A stretch of 64,000 nucleotides of DNA. Origin: Rhodothermales bacterium (GTDB lineage: Bacteria; Bacteroidota; Rhodothermia; Rhodothermales; BA12). How positions within the stretch are numbered: position 1 is the first letter of the stretch; each line of letters begins with the position of its first letter. The notes beneath the pieces are model-generated. The model did not search any database. It worked only from the letters and a program-made list of their open reading frames with translations, and had not been told where the DNA came from. A program made the translations under genes and the position numbers. This document shows, in pieces, positions 18,492 through 31,011 of this stretch. The stretch lies in contig CAVUFJ010000002.1 of NCBI GenBank assembly GCA_963740755.1, positions 3,383 to 67,382 of the forward strand. The letters are read 5' to 3'.

Positions 18492-19334
18492 CCGACGGCC
18501 TCAGCCGCCCACGCTTCCAGCACCGCCGGGGGGATCGCGAGGCCGGTCCACCGCGCAAACGCCCGGTCGGCCTGCCCGGCGAGCATCGGCAGCCCGCCGA
18601 TCACGGTCGCGCCCCGGGCCGCCGCCTCGCGCATCAGCCGCGTTTCGCGGGGCGCGTAGATGAGGTCGTAGACCACCTGCGCGGGGCCGAAGTCGTCCGC
18701 ATAGGGATGGGGCGTGAGGTGCGCCTGCGGAGGCATCCCGAGCGGCGTCGCGTTGACGACGAGCGTGGCCCGCTGCACCGCCGCGCGCACCTCGTCGCCC
18801 GTGGCTACCGTGAGGGCGCCTGCCGGGTCGAGGGGCAGGAAGGCGCCGGCCATGCGGGCGGCGCGCTCGGGCGACCGGGTGGCGAGCGTGAGCCGCGCCG
18901 GGGCAAGCTGGGTGAGCAGGGTATAGAGCACCGCCCGCGCCGCGCCGCCCGCGCCGAAGACAACCATCTCGGTGCCTTCGAGGCGCGGCACGAGGCCCGC
19001 GAGCCCGTCGAAAAAGCCGCCCGCGTCCGTGTTGTCGCCTTCGATGGCCCCATCGTCGCGAAACACGAGCGTATTGACGGCGCCGATGGCGGCGGCGGCG
19101 GGGGTGAGCGCGTCGACGTGGGCGAGGGCGGCCTCCTTGTGGGGGATCGTCAGGTTGGCCCCGGCGGCGCCGAGCGCGCGCAGGCCCGCGATGGCCGCGC
19201 CGAGATCGAGCGGGGCCACGCGGCAGGCGAGGTAGAACAGGTCGAGCCCGACGCGCCCGGAAGGCGGCGTTATGGAGCGCGGGCGAGCGCGAGTGGGCGA
19301 CAGGATCGCCGAGCAGGGCAACGAGGCGGGGCAT
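18488..19334 (-). CDS. aroE: Shikimate dehydrogenase; 1 frameshift near 19265
   Basis: N-terminus MPRLVALLGDPVAHSRSPALHNAAF (ORF 18501..19406 frame). It continues GANLTIPHKEAA...AIGAVNTL...GDNTDAGGF...VVFGAGGAARAV in ORF 18488..20161. Confidence 0.85.
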
Positions 19335-19428
19335 GGGCGAAGCAGGGCGGAGGGGGCTGGCGACGTAGATACAACGATGGCCCGTCGCTGCTCCTCCCGC
19401 CCCCATCCGCTTCCTCGCCCCTGCCCGC

Positions 19429-20463
19429 TCATGGGGGCAGCGCCGGTGCTTCCAGGTTGCGCTGGGCAGCGGCCTCGGCGAGCGCCAGAAGCCCGGGCGG
19501 CACCCCGGAGGCCCCGGCGACCTCGTAGCCCATCCGGAGCGCGTCGCCCTCCGGACCCGTCGGGGCGGGCAGCAGGCGCTCGGCGAGGGCGAACAGGTCG
19601 GCCATCAGCTCCGGGGCGAACGTGTCGAGCGCGTGGGCGAGGCGGGCGTTGAGGGTGAGCGTCAGGCGGGCCTGCCCGGCGCGGCTCGCCGCCACGATGC
19701 GCCGCGCCGCCCGCGCCGCGTTCATCGAGAGGAGCGGGTTGGCGTCGGCCACAGCGAACCACGCATATTCCTTCGCGGCCTGCCCCTTGAAGGCCGCATT
19801 GCGATGCGAGCCCGTGCGCATGAGGCCGGGGCAGACGGTCGTCAGGAAGATGCCCTCGCGGCGCAGGGCGGGCGCGAGCGCGGCCGAGAGGCCGGTGAGG
19901 GCGAACTTGCTCGCGGCGTAGGGAATCAGGTGGGGCACCGCCACGAGCCCGCCCACGCTGGAGATCGTCACGATGCGCCCGCGCTGCGGTTGGGCCCGCA
20001 TCAGGGGCACGGCGGCTTCGATGGCCTCGTGCGGGGCGTGCAGGTGCAGGGCAAAGGCGTCCTGAAAATCCTCGTCCGTCAGGTGCTCGCGGGGGGCGGC
20101 TTGGATGATTCCCGCATTGCACACGAGCACGTCGAGGCGCCCTCCGAGGGCGTGCGCCCACCGTACCGCTGCCGCTGCCGCGCCGGGCACGCGCAGATCG
20201 GCCGCGCGCACGTCCACCTGCGTGCCGTGCGTCTCTACGCGGGCCTTCGCCTGCAGGAGCCGGCCGTGGTCCCGTGCCACGAGGGCGATGCGCGCCGCGC
20301 CCGCGTCGGCGTAGGCCCGCGCGAGTTCAAGGCCAAGGCCGCGCGAGCCGCCGAGAATGAGCACGGTAGCCCCGCGCAGGGGGAAGCGGCGCGTGAGGCG
20401 CGTGCCCGCGCGGTAGGCGGCATAGGCCGCGAGGGGGGTTAAGAGCGCGGCCGAGCGGCGCAT
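19429..20463 (-). CDS. Short-chain dehydrogenase/reductase (SDR) family oxidoreductase
   Basis: ATG at 20463: [15 protein letters not shown] (TGxxxGxG-like), NAGI, and SSVGG...YAASKFAL (YxxxK). Confidence 0.8.
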   Translation of the reverse strand: MRRSAALLTPLAAYAAYRAGTRLTRRFPLRGATVLILGGSRGLGLELARAYADAGAARIALVARDHGRLLQAKARVETHGTQVDVRAADLRVPGAAAAAVRWAHALGGRLDVLVCNAGIIQAAPREHLTDEDFQDAFALHLHAPHEAIEAAVPLMRAQPQRGRIVTISSVGGLVAVPHLIPYAASKFALTGLSAALAPALRREGIFLTTVCPGLMRTGSHRNAAFKGQAAKEYAWFAVADANPLLSMNAARAARRIVAASRAGQARLTLTLNARLAHALDTFAPELMADLFALAERLLPAPTGPEGDALRMGYEVAGASGVPPGLLALAEAAAQRNLEAPALPP

Positions 20464-21651
20464 CAGGCGGTCGGGTCGAGCACCACCTTGACGCAGCTCT
20501 CGCGCTCGTCGCGGAAGGTCTTGTACATCTCCGGCGCCTTCGAGAGCGGCGCCCGGTGGGTGATGAGGAAGCTCGGGTCGATCTTGCCGTCCACCACGTA
20601 TTGCTGAGCGTGGGCAGGTATTGCTGCACGTGCGTCTGGCCCATCTTGAAGGTGAGGCCCTTGCCGAAGGCCGCGCCGAAGTTGAGCTTGTCGAGCGAAG
20701 CCGCCGTAGACGCCGGGGATCGAGACGGTGCCGCACTTGCGGCAGGCCTGAATCGCCTCGCGCAGCGCCGTGGGCCGGTCGGTGGCGAGGCGCAGGCCCA
20801 TCTTGATCTGGTCGTAGCGGGCGGCGATGCCGAAGCCGTGCGCCTCCATGCCCACCGCGTCGATGCAGCGCATCCGGCCCGCGCCCGGCGGTGCGGTCGC
20901 GCAGTTCGGTCCGAGCACCGAGTCCTCGTCGGCGTAGTTGAGCGTTTCGGCGCCGGCCTGCTCGGCCAGCGCGAGGCGCTTCTCGTAGCGGTCGATGGCG
21001 ATCACGCGCTCGGCGCCGAGCAGCTTCAGGCTCTGGATGGCGAACAGGCCCGACCGGCCCGCAGCCCCACACCGCCACCGTGTCGCCGGGCTCGATCGCC
21101 GCAGTTCTCGGCGGCCATGCCAGCCGGTCGGGAAGATGTCGGAGAGGAAGAGCACCTTCTCGTCGGGCAGGCCGTCGGGCACCTTGATCGGGCCGACGTC
21201 GGCGTAGGGCACGCGCACGTACTCGGCCTGCCCGCCGGCGTAGCCGCCCAGCATGTGCGAGTAGCCGAAGAGCGCCGGCGCCGCGAGTAGCCCGTAGGCC
21301 GTTTCGGCGACGCGCGGCGTTGGGGTTCGAGTTGTCGCAGCGCCGAGTACAGCTCGCTTCTGCAGAAGAAGCAGTTGCCGCAGGCGATCGGTGAACGGGC
21401 ACGACGACGCGGTCGCCCTTCTTGAGCTTCTTCACCTCGTGCCCGACCTCGACGACCTCGCCCATGAACTCGTGGCCGAGGATGTCGCCCTTCTCCATCG
21501 TCGGGATGACGCCGTCGTAGAGGTGCAGGTCCGAGCCGCAGATCGCGGTGGCCGTGATGCGGATGATCGCGTCGTGCGGGTTGAGGATCGTCGGGTCGGG
21601 CACGGTTTCGACGCGAACGTCTTCCTTGCCGTACCAGCAGAGGGCGCGCAT
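20463..21651 (-). CDS. Zn-dependent alcohol/formaldehyde dehydrogenase family; at least 5 frameshifts
   Basis: [22 protein letters not shown]...[11 protein letters not shown]...[12 protein letters not shown] (ORF 19429..21651 N-terminal part). It continues [26 protein letters not shown]... and [20 protein letters not shown]...[10 protein letters not shown]... (ORF 20463..21254) with further switches. The stop overlaps the SDR ATG. Confidence 0.8.
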
Positions 21652-21691
21652 AGAGGCGGGGCGATAGGAGAGGGGTTACGGAGTAGGAGCG

Positions 21692-22414
21692 TCAGTCGCC
21701 CTTGGGCTGGCCTTCGGTGGTGGGCACCTCGCCGGCTTCGAGGAGCGCGCGGAAGCGGTTCAGATCGCCCCGGATCATGGCTTCGAGCGCCGGGGTGACA
21801 AAGCGGGCGGCGGCGCCGGTGCCCGCCGGGGCCGCGTAGCGCCACGTCACGCGCACCTCGGTGCCGCGCCCGGCGGGGGCGTCGTCGAAGCGGACGCGCC
21901 CGGCGTGGTCTACGTCGCCCTCGACCGTGCGCCAGCCAAGAGCGCGGTCGGGCGCGGCTTCGGTCTCCTCGGCCACCCACGTGAGCGTGCCGTGCTCGCC
22001 GGGTCCGGAGGCCGTCCAGCGCGAGCGTCCACCGCCGAGGTCTTCGACGGACTCGACGTGCTTCATGGCGGCCTCTAGGGTCTCGAGGCGGCGCCAGGCG
22101 GCGTATACCTCCGCGCGCGGTCGGTTGATGGTGAGCGCCGTCTCTAGGGTCACCGTGGCCGGGTGGGCGGTCGAGTGGCCGAGGGCGCCGTAGGCCGGGC
22201 AGTAGCCCGTCGTGCCCCGAAAGGCGAGCACACCCCCGGCAGCGGCGAGCAGGGCGCCGCCCCACGACTTCCGTGCGAGCCCCACGCCGACAAAAGCGGC
22301 CCCGAGGGCGGCACTGGCCAGGCGTTCGGCACCCCCGACGTTGACCGGCAACGCGTCGATCGGGTGGGCCAGGGTGCTGGAGAGGGCGGTGAGGGGCGCG
22401 GCGCGGTCGGCCAT
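21692..22414 (-). CDS. SRPBCC (cyclase/dehydrase) domain protein with an N-terminal DUF2892-like membrane segment
   Basis: ORF 21692..22414: ...AFRGTTGYCPAYGALG (YgaP/DUF2892-like), then INRPRAEVYAAWRRLE...WTASGPGE...WRTVEG. Confidence 0.6.
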   Translation of the reverse strand: MADRAAPLTALSSTLAHPIDALPVNVGGAERLASAALGAAFVGVGLARKSWGGALLAAAGGVLAFRGTTGYCPAYGALGHSTAHPATVTLETALTINRPRAEVYAAWRRLETLEAAMKHVESVEDLGGGRSRWTASGPGEHGTLTWVAEETEAAPDRALGWRTVEGDVDHAGRVRFDDAPAGRGTEVRVTWRYAAPAGTGAAARFVTPALEAMIRGDLNRFRALLEAGEVPTTEGQPKGD

Positions 22415-22520
22415 GGGAGCAGCGGGTTAGCGCGCCTCCTACCGAACCTCTCCGCGTTCAGAGCCCCGCCGCAGGAGGCATTCCCGAGGCCTCACATCCT
22501 CCACGTATGTGTAACGTGTA

Positions 22521-23240
22521 TCACAGCGCCGCCATGCGCGCCTGCCCGGTGGGGCACAGGTCGAGCAGCACGCAGCGGTCGCAGGCCGGCTGGCGGAAAA
22601 AGCACACGCGCTGTCCATGCAGCATGAACACCTCATGGTGGTCGTACACCGCCTGCGCGTCCCAGCCCTCGGGCATGAGCGCCTCCAGAAGCGCATGGGC
22701 CGGACCGACCGGCGTGCGCGCGGGGATCAGACCGAGCCGCTCGGCGACGCGGTGGTGGTGGCTGTCGACGGGCAGGGCGGGGCGGCGCAAGCTGGAGAAC
22801 GAGCAGCACCGCCGCGCTCGTCTTGGGTCCACGCCGGGCATGGCTTCGAGCCACGCGCGGGCCTCCGGCACGGGCAGCGCGGCCAGAAACGCGAGGTCCA
22901 GGGCGCCCGTGCGCTCGGTGATGGTGCGCAGCACCGCCTGGAGGCGCGGCGCCTTCTGCTCAGGCCACGTGGCCGCCGAGATGGCCGCCTCGACGGCCTC
23001 CAGCGGGGCGTCGCGCACGGCTTCCCACGCCGGCAAGGCCGACCGGAGCGCGTGGTAGGCGCGCGAGGAGTCGGCGTTCTTCGTGCGGTGCGAGAGTAGG
23101 GCCGAGACGAGTTCGGAGAGCGGGTCTTTGTCCGAGAAGAAGGGGATCGGGCACCCGTATACGCGGCACAGCCGCGCGTGCACCTCCAGGGCGTGCGCGC
23201 GGCGGGCGTCGGCCCCGGGCGCCGTCTCGTCCGGACTCAT
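22521..23240 (-). CDS. Endonuclease III-like HhH-GPD base-excision repair protein
   Basis: LVSALLSHRT...WPEQKAPRL...ALPVDSHHHRVAERLGL. A cysteine cluster CFFRQPACDRCVLLDLC indicates a 4Fe-4S loop. The HhH region (~22795-22832) is out of frame locally (see findings). Confidence 0.75.
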   Translation of the reverse strand: MSPDETAPGADARRAHALEVHARLCRVYGCPIPFFSDKDPLSELVSALLSHRTKNADSSRAYHALRSALPAWEAVRDAPLEAVEAAISAATWPEQKAPRLQAVLRTITERTGALDLAFLAALPVPEARAWLEAMPGVDPRRARRCCSFSSLRRPALPVDSHHHRVAERLGLIPARTPVGPAHALLEALMPEGWDAQAVYDHHEVFMLHGQRVCFFRQPACDRCVLLDLCPTGQARMAAL

Positions 23241-25276
23241 CCGAGCACGAGGAGGTGCGCCGGCATCTCCGGGGTGAGCCGGACAAAGTGCGAGGTGCCC
23301 TGCCAGGTGTAGTGTCCGCCTGTGAGCCCGTCGGTGGCGCGGAACGGCATCCAGCTATCCAGGCCCACCGAGGACGGATCGAGCTGCAGCCAGCCTTCCT
23401 CGGCGTCGTGGGCGTTCAGGCTCACCACCACGAGCACGCGGCTCTGCCCGGCCTGCTTGGTGTAGGCGATGAGGTTCGGGTTGCCGGTTTCGACGAACGT
23501 GAGGTGGCGGCCCTGCTGGAGGGCGGCGTGGGCACGGCGCAGCTCGTTGACGCGCCGGAAGAGCGGCTGGAGGCTCCACGGGTCGTGCCAGTTCCACGCG
23601 CGCACCTCGAACTTCTCGTTGTCGGCGTACTCCTCCTTGGTCGGGTGCGGGGCGGCGTAGGCGTGCTCGTAGGGCGGCCCATAGATGCCATACACTGGCG
23701 AGAGCGTGGCCGCGAGCACGAACCGGGCGATGTGCGCCGGGCGCCCGCCCTTCACGAGGGCCTCGTGGAGGATGTCGGGCGTGTTGGGCCACAGGTTGGG
23801 GCGGAAGTACTCGGCCTGGTCGGTGTGCCAGAGCGTGGTGCCGTACTCCTCCAGTTCCGCCTTCGTGTTGCGCCAGGTGAAGTAGGTGTACGAGTTGTTG
23901 AAGCCGAGCTTGGCGAGCCCCTGCATGATGCGTGGGCGCGAAAACGCCTCGGCCAGGAAGATCGTCTCGGGGTGCTCGCGCTGAATCTCGGCGAGGCACC
24001 ACGCCCAGAACGCGAACGGCTTCGTGTGCGGGTTGTCCACGCGGAAGATGGTCACGCCGCGGGCGATCCAGAAGGTGAACACCCCCTTGAGCGCGTCCCA
24101 GAGCGCGGGCCACTCGGCGCCCTCGAAGTCGAAGGGGTAGACGTCCTGGTACTTTTTGGGCGGGTTCTCGGCATAGCGGATCGAGCCGTCGGGCCGGTGG
24201 CGAAACCAGCCTGGATGTTCGTCCACCCACGGGATGGTCGGGCGCGGCCTGAAACGCGATGTCGAGGGCGACGGCGAGGCCGAGGCGCTGCGCTTCGTCG
24301 CGAAAGCGCTCGAAGGCGGGCATCCCGCCGAGTTCGTCGGCCACGTCCATGTGGCCGCCCTTGCGTCCGTCGCTCAAGAATCCGCCAATCGCCCACGGGC
24401 TGCCCGGCTCACCCTCCTGGGCGGTGAGGGCGCCGTCTTTGCCCTTGCGGTACTGCACGCCGATGGGGTGGATGGGCGGCAGGTACACCACGTCGAACCC
24501 CATCTCGCGGATGCGCGGCAGGCGCCGGGCCGCATCGTCGAGCGTGCCGTGGACGGGGCGCCCGTCCGGCCCCGGATCCGCCGCGGAGCGGGGGAAGAAC
24601 TCGTACCACGCGGCAAAGGTGGCCAGGGGATGGTCTACCTGCACCGGCTGCGGAGCGCTCGTGACGAGCCCGGCGCGCGGGTCGGCCTGGGCGGCGAGCG
24701 CGGCGAGCGCGTCGTCGAAGGCCGCGGCGGTGTCGCCGCCCTCGAGGCGCTTGGCGTAGGCGGTGAGGGCCTTGCGGGCGGGCGTGCTCAGTGCCGGGCT
24801 CCACGCGCGCAGGAGCGCCGCCACGTCGAGCAGTTCGGCCTGGATCGAGCTCCGCCGACTCGCCCCCGTCGAGGCGGCGGCGAAACTGCTCGCGCCACGT
24901 CCCGAAGGCGTCGATCCACGCGCGGACGTGGTACGTCCACCGGCCGAGGGCGTCGGGGGCAAAGCGGGCGGTGTACTCGTCGTTGAAGCGGAGGGGCATC
25001 GGCAGCACCGTCTCGCGGCCCGACGGATCGGTCACGACGAGTTCGGCGGCGATGCGGTCGTGCCCGTCCGTCACGAAGCCCGGCCACCACCTCCACGGTC
25101 TCGCCGAGGCTGCGGCGCAGCGGCCACAGGCCCCCGTCGAGGCGCGGCTCGAGCGTGGCGAGCACCACGCGCGACCACGCGGGCGGGGCGCCGGGCTGGT
25201 TCGCGGGCATGGTCCCGGCGCCGGCCGGGTTCCACGAGAGGGCGTCAGGGGCGATTCCGAGGGGGTGCAGGGGCAT
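23237..25276 (-). CDS. glgE: Alpha-1,4-glucan:maltose-1-phosphate maltosyltransferase (GlgE); 3 frameshifts; start is 25276 or 25210
   Basis: Pieces in order: ORF 24788..25342 (SRVVLATLEPRLDGGLWPLRRSLGETVEV), 24409..25074 (VTDGHDRIAAELVV...WTYHVRAWID), 23355..24962 (FAAWYEFFPRS...RIREMGFDVVYLPPIHPIG...GSPWAIG) and 23237..24226 (HPGWFRHRPDGSIRYAENPPKKYQDVYPFDF...TIFRVDNPHTKPFAFW). Confidence 0.9.
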
Positions 25277-25384
25277 GGCGCGGGCGTGTCCGGACAGGAT
25301 TCTGAGCGCGTAACTTAGCAGAGCGGCCCTAGACTTAAGCAAATGTGCAGGCGCGGCCGATGAGTTCTTCCTGACGCTTCACCG

Positions 25385-27337
<1,953 letters not shown>

Positions 27338-27341
<4 letters not shown>

Positions 27342-27568
27342 GCAAGAAAAACGCCCCTGCTGAGACGGAATCCGCCCACGCCCCCAAGCGCAAGGAGCGC
27401 GAACGGCTGCTCGTGGCGCGCGTCGAGGCGCTCGAAACCCAGGTCGCTGCCCTCACGCAGGTGGTCGACGAGGCCATCCGTGCGTCCATCGCGGCACGTC
27501 CCAAGGCCACCGAGGTGAAGTCCCGGCGCCGCGCTCAGGCCGGCAAGGACGCCCCTGCGGGTCCGTAA
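27338..27568 (+). CDS. Hypothetical small charged coiled-coil protein (76 aa)
   Basis: The ATG overlaps the kinase stop (ATGA). MSKKNAPAETE...RLLVARVEALETQVAALTQVVDEA. No homology that I recognise. Confidence 0.35.
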
Positions 27569-29308
27569 AGCACGGCCCGAGGCCCGTCCGCCGCGCCAGA
27601 AGCTCCCCAGCGCGGGTCGTCCGTGCAGAGCAGCGCCTCGCCGGCGGGCTCCGGAAGCGTCACCCCATCGCGCAGGGCACACGAGGAGCGTCCAGCCGCC
27701 CCGCGTGAGGCGCAGCGCGTCGTCCGAGAGGGCCTCGGCGGTGAAATTGGCGGGCAGCGTGGGGCGGAGGCGCAGCAGGGAGCGGTAGAGGGCGCGGACG
27801 GCTGCGTGGGGGGGCCGCGCGGCTTCGTCCCAGTCGAGGCGGGCGGCGGCGAAGGTGGCCGCGTCGTCGGGCACGGGGAGTGCGCCCTCGTACTGCCACC
27901 ATAGGTCGCACTCCCGCTGCCGGCCTCCGCGCACGGCCGCCGCGAGGCCCGTTTCGTGGTCGGCGAAGAAAGGGAAAGGGCGTGGTGGCGGCCCATTCCT
28001 GCCCCATCCACAGCAGCGGCAGCTCGGGGGCGAACAGGAGCACCGCCGAGAGGGCGCGGTAGAGCGCGGGCGAGATCGTCGCCGTGAGCCGGTCGCCGTG
28101 GGGGCGGTTGCCCGTCAGGTCGTGGTCGTCGAGGTAGTGCGTAAAGCGCGGGTACGGACCCTCTGGGGGGCTGCCCACGAGGTCGTCCTGCTTGCGCGCC
28201 ACCTTGTCGGCGTGGGTCCAGCCGCGGGCGAGCGTTTCGGCGATCTGGTGGGCGGTGGCGCCGTCGTAGTGCGACCAGTACGCCTCGCCCGGCGTCGCGT
28301 AGGCGCGCACCTGCCCGTGCAGGTCGTCGATCCACTGGGAATCCAGGCCGTAGCCGCCATCGCTCCAGCGGGCGGGTGACGGTGGCGCGGTTGCGCAGGT
28401 CTTCGGCGATGAGCACGCGGCGCGGGCCGGGGAGCGCCGCAGCAGCCTCGGCCATCTCGGCGAGCAGGTGGGGCGTGCCGGCGTCGAGCAGGCGGCTGGT
28501 GGCGTCGAGGCGGAGGCCGTCGGCGTGGTACTCGCGCAGCCACAGCATCGCCGCTTCGAGCAGAAAGCGCCGCACGCCGGGGTCCCCGAGGTTGACGGCG
28601 TCGCCCCAGGGGGTGACGGCGGGCACGAGCATCGGCGCGAACGCGTTGACGTAGGCGCCATCGGGCCCGAGGTGGTTCAGCACCACATCGACCACGACGG
28701 CGAGGCCGAGCGCGTGCGCGCGGTCCACGAGGCGCCGGAGGCTGTCGGGGGTGCCGTAGGCGTCGGGCACGGCCCAGAAGGCGGCCGGGTCGTAGCCCCA
28801 GTTGAAGCGGCCCGGAAACGCGTGCAGCGGCATCAACTCAACGGCGGTGATGCCGAGGTCGCGCAGGTAGGGCAGGCGCGCCATCGCGGCGGCAAAGGTG
28901 CCCTCGGGCGTGAACGTGCCGACGTGCAGTTCATAGAGCACGTAGTCTTCCAGCGGCACGCCCGTCCATGCTTCGTCGGTCCACGCGAACGCGTCCGGGT
29001 CTACCACTTCGCTCAGGCCGTGGACGCCGTCCGGGCTGGGCGCGGCTGCACGGGTCGGGGAAGGGCGGGCCGAGGGGCGCGCCGGGCGCATCGGCCAGGC
29101 GGAGGCCGTAGCGGCTCCCCACGCCCGCCCCGGGCACGAAGGCCGCCCAGTAGCCCTCGCCCTCGGCGCGCATCTCGGTCTCCGCGCCGTCCATGACGAG
29201 CACCACCCGCGCTTTGTGCGGCGCATAGACGCGCACCTCGACGCCCCCGTCGCGCAGCGTGGCGCCCAGCGGGGGCGTGTAGAGCGGATGCGTGCGCGAA
29301 GCAGCCAT
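27535..29308 (-). CDS. treZ: Malto-oligosyltrehalose trehalohydrolase (TreZ, GH13); about 4 frameshifts
   Basis: ORF 28931..29308 (MAASRTHPLYTPPLGATL...) is followed by ORF 27535..30657 (YELHVGTFTPEGTF...GITAVELMP...WGYD...VVVDVVLNHLGPDG...DGLRLDA). Next comes 27660..28661 (GYGLDSQWIDDLHG...LDDHDLTGNRP...LLWMGQEW), then 27290..27934, and finally the C-terminus back in the 27535 frame. Confidence 0.85.
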
Positions 29309-29324
29309 GCGCGGCGCGGACAGG

Positions 29325-30956
29325 TCAGGCGTGGAGGCGCCCTGAGGCGGCCGTGACGTGGCGGAGCCAGGCGAGCGCGTCGTCGGTGAGCGCGTCCGGG
29401 CGCAGGCGCCACGCCCACTGTCCGGAGCCTTCGCCGGGCGTGTTCATGCGCGCGTCGGTGCCGAGGCCGAGCACGTCCTGCACGGGCAGCACCACGAAGC
29501 CGGCGGCGGAGGCGAGCAGCCGCTCCAGGAACGGAGGCACCTGCCCCTCGGCGGCGTGCGCCCACCGGTGCGCGAGCTGCGCCGATGTGCTCCGCTCGGG
29601 GTCGGCAAACCAGCCCGCGAGCGTGTCGTTGTCGTGCGTGCCCGAGTAGGCGACGAGGTTGGGCGTGTAGTGGTCCGGGTGGTGCTCGTTCTCGGGGAAG
29701 CCGAACTGGAGCACGCGCATCCCCGGAAACCCGCATTCGTCCATGATGCGCCGCACGTCGGGTGTGATGACGCCGAGGTCTTCGGCGACGGCCGGGAGCG
29801 GGCCGAGGCGTTCGGTGAGCGCGTCGAAGAGGGGCTTGCCGGGGCCGGGCATCCAGTAGCCGCTCTGCGCGGTCGGCGCCTCCGCCGGTACCTCCCAGTA
29901 GGCCGCGAAGCCCCGAAAGTGGTCGAGGCGGACGATGTCGTAGAGGTAGAGCGCGCGGGCCATGCGGCGCGTCCACCAGTCCAGGTTGTGCGCGTTGAGC
30001 GGCGCGTGCTGGATCTGCCCCTGCACCGCTTCCGACGCGATCCAGCCGTAGGCGGCGTCGTGGGCGTGGGGCAGGGGGACGCGCTCGTACACGTCGCGCA
30101 TCTCGTCGGGGGGCGCCCAGTCGGAGAACGGCGGCTGGTGCCACCAGTAGAGCGGGTTGCCCCACTTCTGCCCGACGGGCGTGAAGTGGTCCGGTGGGGC
30201 GCCGGAGACGACGAACGGCACGCCCTCGGGCGTGAGCTTGAACAGGTGCCGGGCGCTCCAGGCGTCCGCCGAGTCGTGGGCGACGTAGATCGGCAGGTCG
30301 CCCAGGATGGCGATGCCGCGCTCGGCGGCGTAGGCGTGGAGCGCCTGCCACTGCGCCTCGGCAACGCACTGGTAGAATGTGTGCCGCCGGATGGCGACGG
30401 CGTGCTCGTGCCGGGCGCCCGCGAGCGCGTCGGGGTGGCGGTCGCGGAGGGCGGGGGCCCAGTCGGTCCACGGCAGGTTTTCGTGGGCGTCCGAGAGCGC
30501 CATGAAGAGCGCGTAGTCGGCCAGCCAGGCGCCCTCGGCTTCCTGAAAGGCGAGCAGGCGCTCGTGCCACGGCGAGTCTGCGGGCTCCTCCAGCGCCTCG
30601 AACCGCTCGAACGCTTTTTCCAGCAGCGCGCGCCGGAACGGCACGACGGTCTCCCACGCGACGTGGTCGGCGGGGAACGCGGGCGCCTCGGCCACATCCG
30701 CCGCCGTGAGCAGGCCGTCCTGCAGCAGCAACTCGGGCGAGATCAGTAGGGGCGAGACGGCGAACGTGGACGGGCTCGAGTACGGCGAGTGGCCGTAGCC
30801 GGGGGGCACGAGCGGCAGCACCTGCCAGATGCGTTGCCCGGCGCGCGCGAGCTGGTCGGCGAACGCGTAGGCGGTGGGCCCAAAGTCGCCCATGCCGTAG
30901 GGGCCGGGCAAAGAGGTCAGGTGCAGCAGCAGCCCGCTGCGGCGGTCAGGCGTCAT
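29325..30956 (-). CDS. malQ: 4-alpha-glucanotransferase (amylomaltase)
   Basis: Intact ORF 29325..30956: RRSGLLLHLTSLPGPYGMGDFG...WQVLPL...SPYSS.S.FA..PLLIS...DIVRLDHFRGF...HDNDT. Confidence 0.9.
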   Translation of the reverse strand: MTPDRRSGLLLHLTSLPGPYGMGDFGPTAYAFADQLARAGQRIWQVLPLVPPGYGHSPYSSPSTFAVSPLLISPELLLQDGLLTAADVAEAPAFPADHVAWETVVPFRRALLEKAFERFEALEEPADSPWHERLLAFQEAEGAWLADYALFMALSDAHENLPWTDWAPALRDRHPDALAGARHEHAVAIRRHTFYQCVAEAQWQALHAYAAERGIAILGDLPIYVAHDSADAWSARHLFKLTPEGVPFVVSGAPPDHFTPVGQKWGNPLYWWHQPPFSDWAPPDEMRDVYERVPLPHAHDAAYGWIASEAVQGQIQHAPLNAHNLDWWTRRMARALYLYDIVRLDHFRGFAAYWEVPAEAPTAQSGYWMPGPGKPLFDALTERLGPLPAVAEDLGVITPDVRRIMDECGFPGMRVLQFGFPENEHHPDHYTPNLVAYSGTHDNDTLAGWFADPERSTSAQLAHRWAHAAEGQVPPFLERLLASAAGFVVLPVQDVLGLGTDARMNTPGEGSGQWAWRLRPDALTDDALAWLRHVTAASGRLHA

Positions 30957-31011
30957 CGGCGGCGGTCAGGCCAGGAGGGGTGAGGCAGAACGGATCGGGC
31001 GGCGGGCCCGG

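Noticed and set aside
21315-21335. tRNA T-arm-like GGTTCGAG
   Set aside because: It lies inside the alcohol dehydrogenase coding sequence (…CDNSNPNAA…) and has no flanking acceptor or anticodon stems. I found no tRNA in the window.
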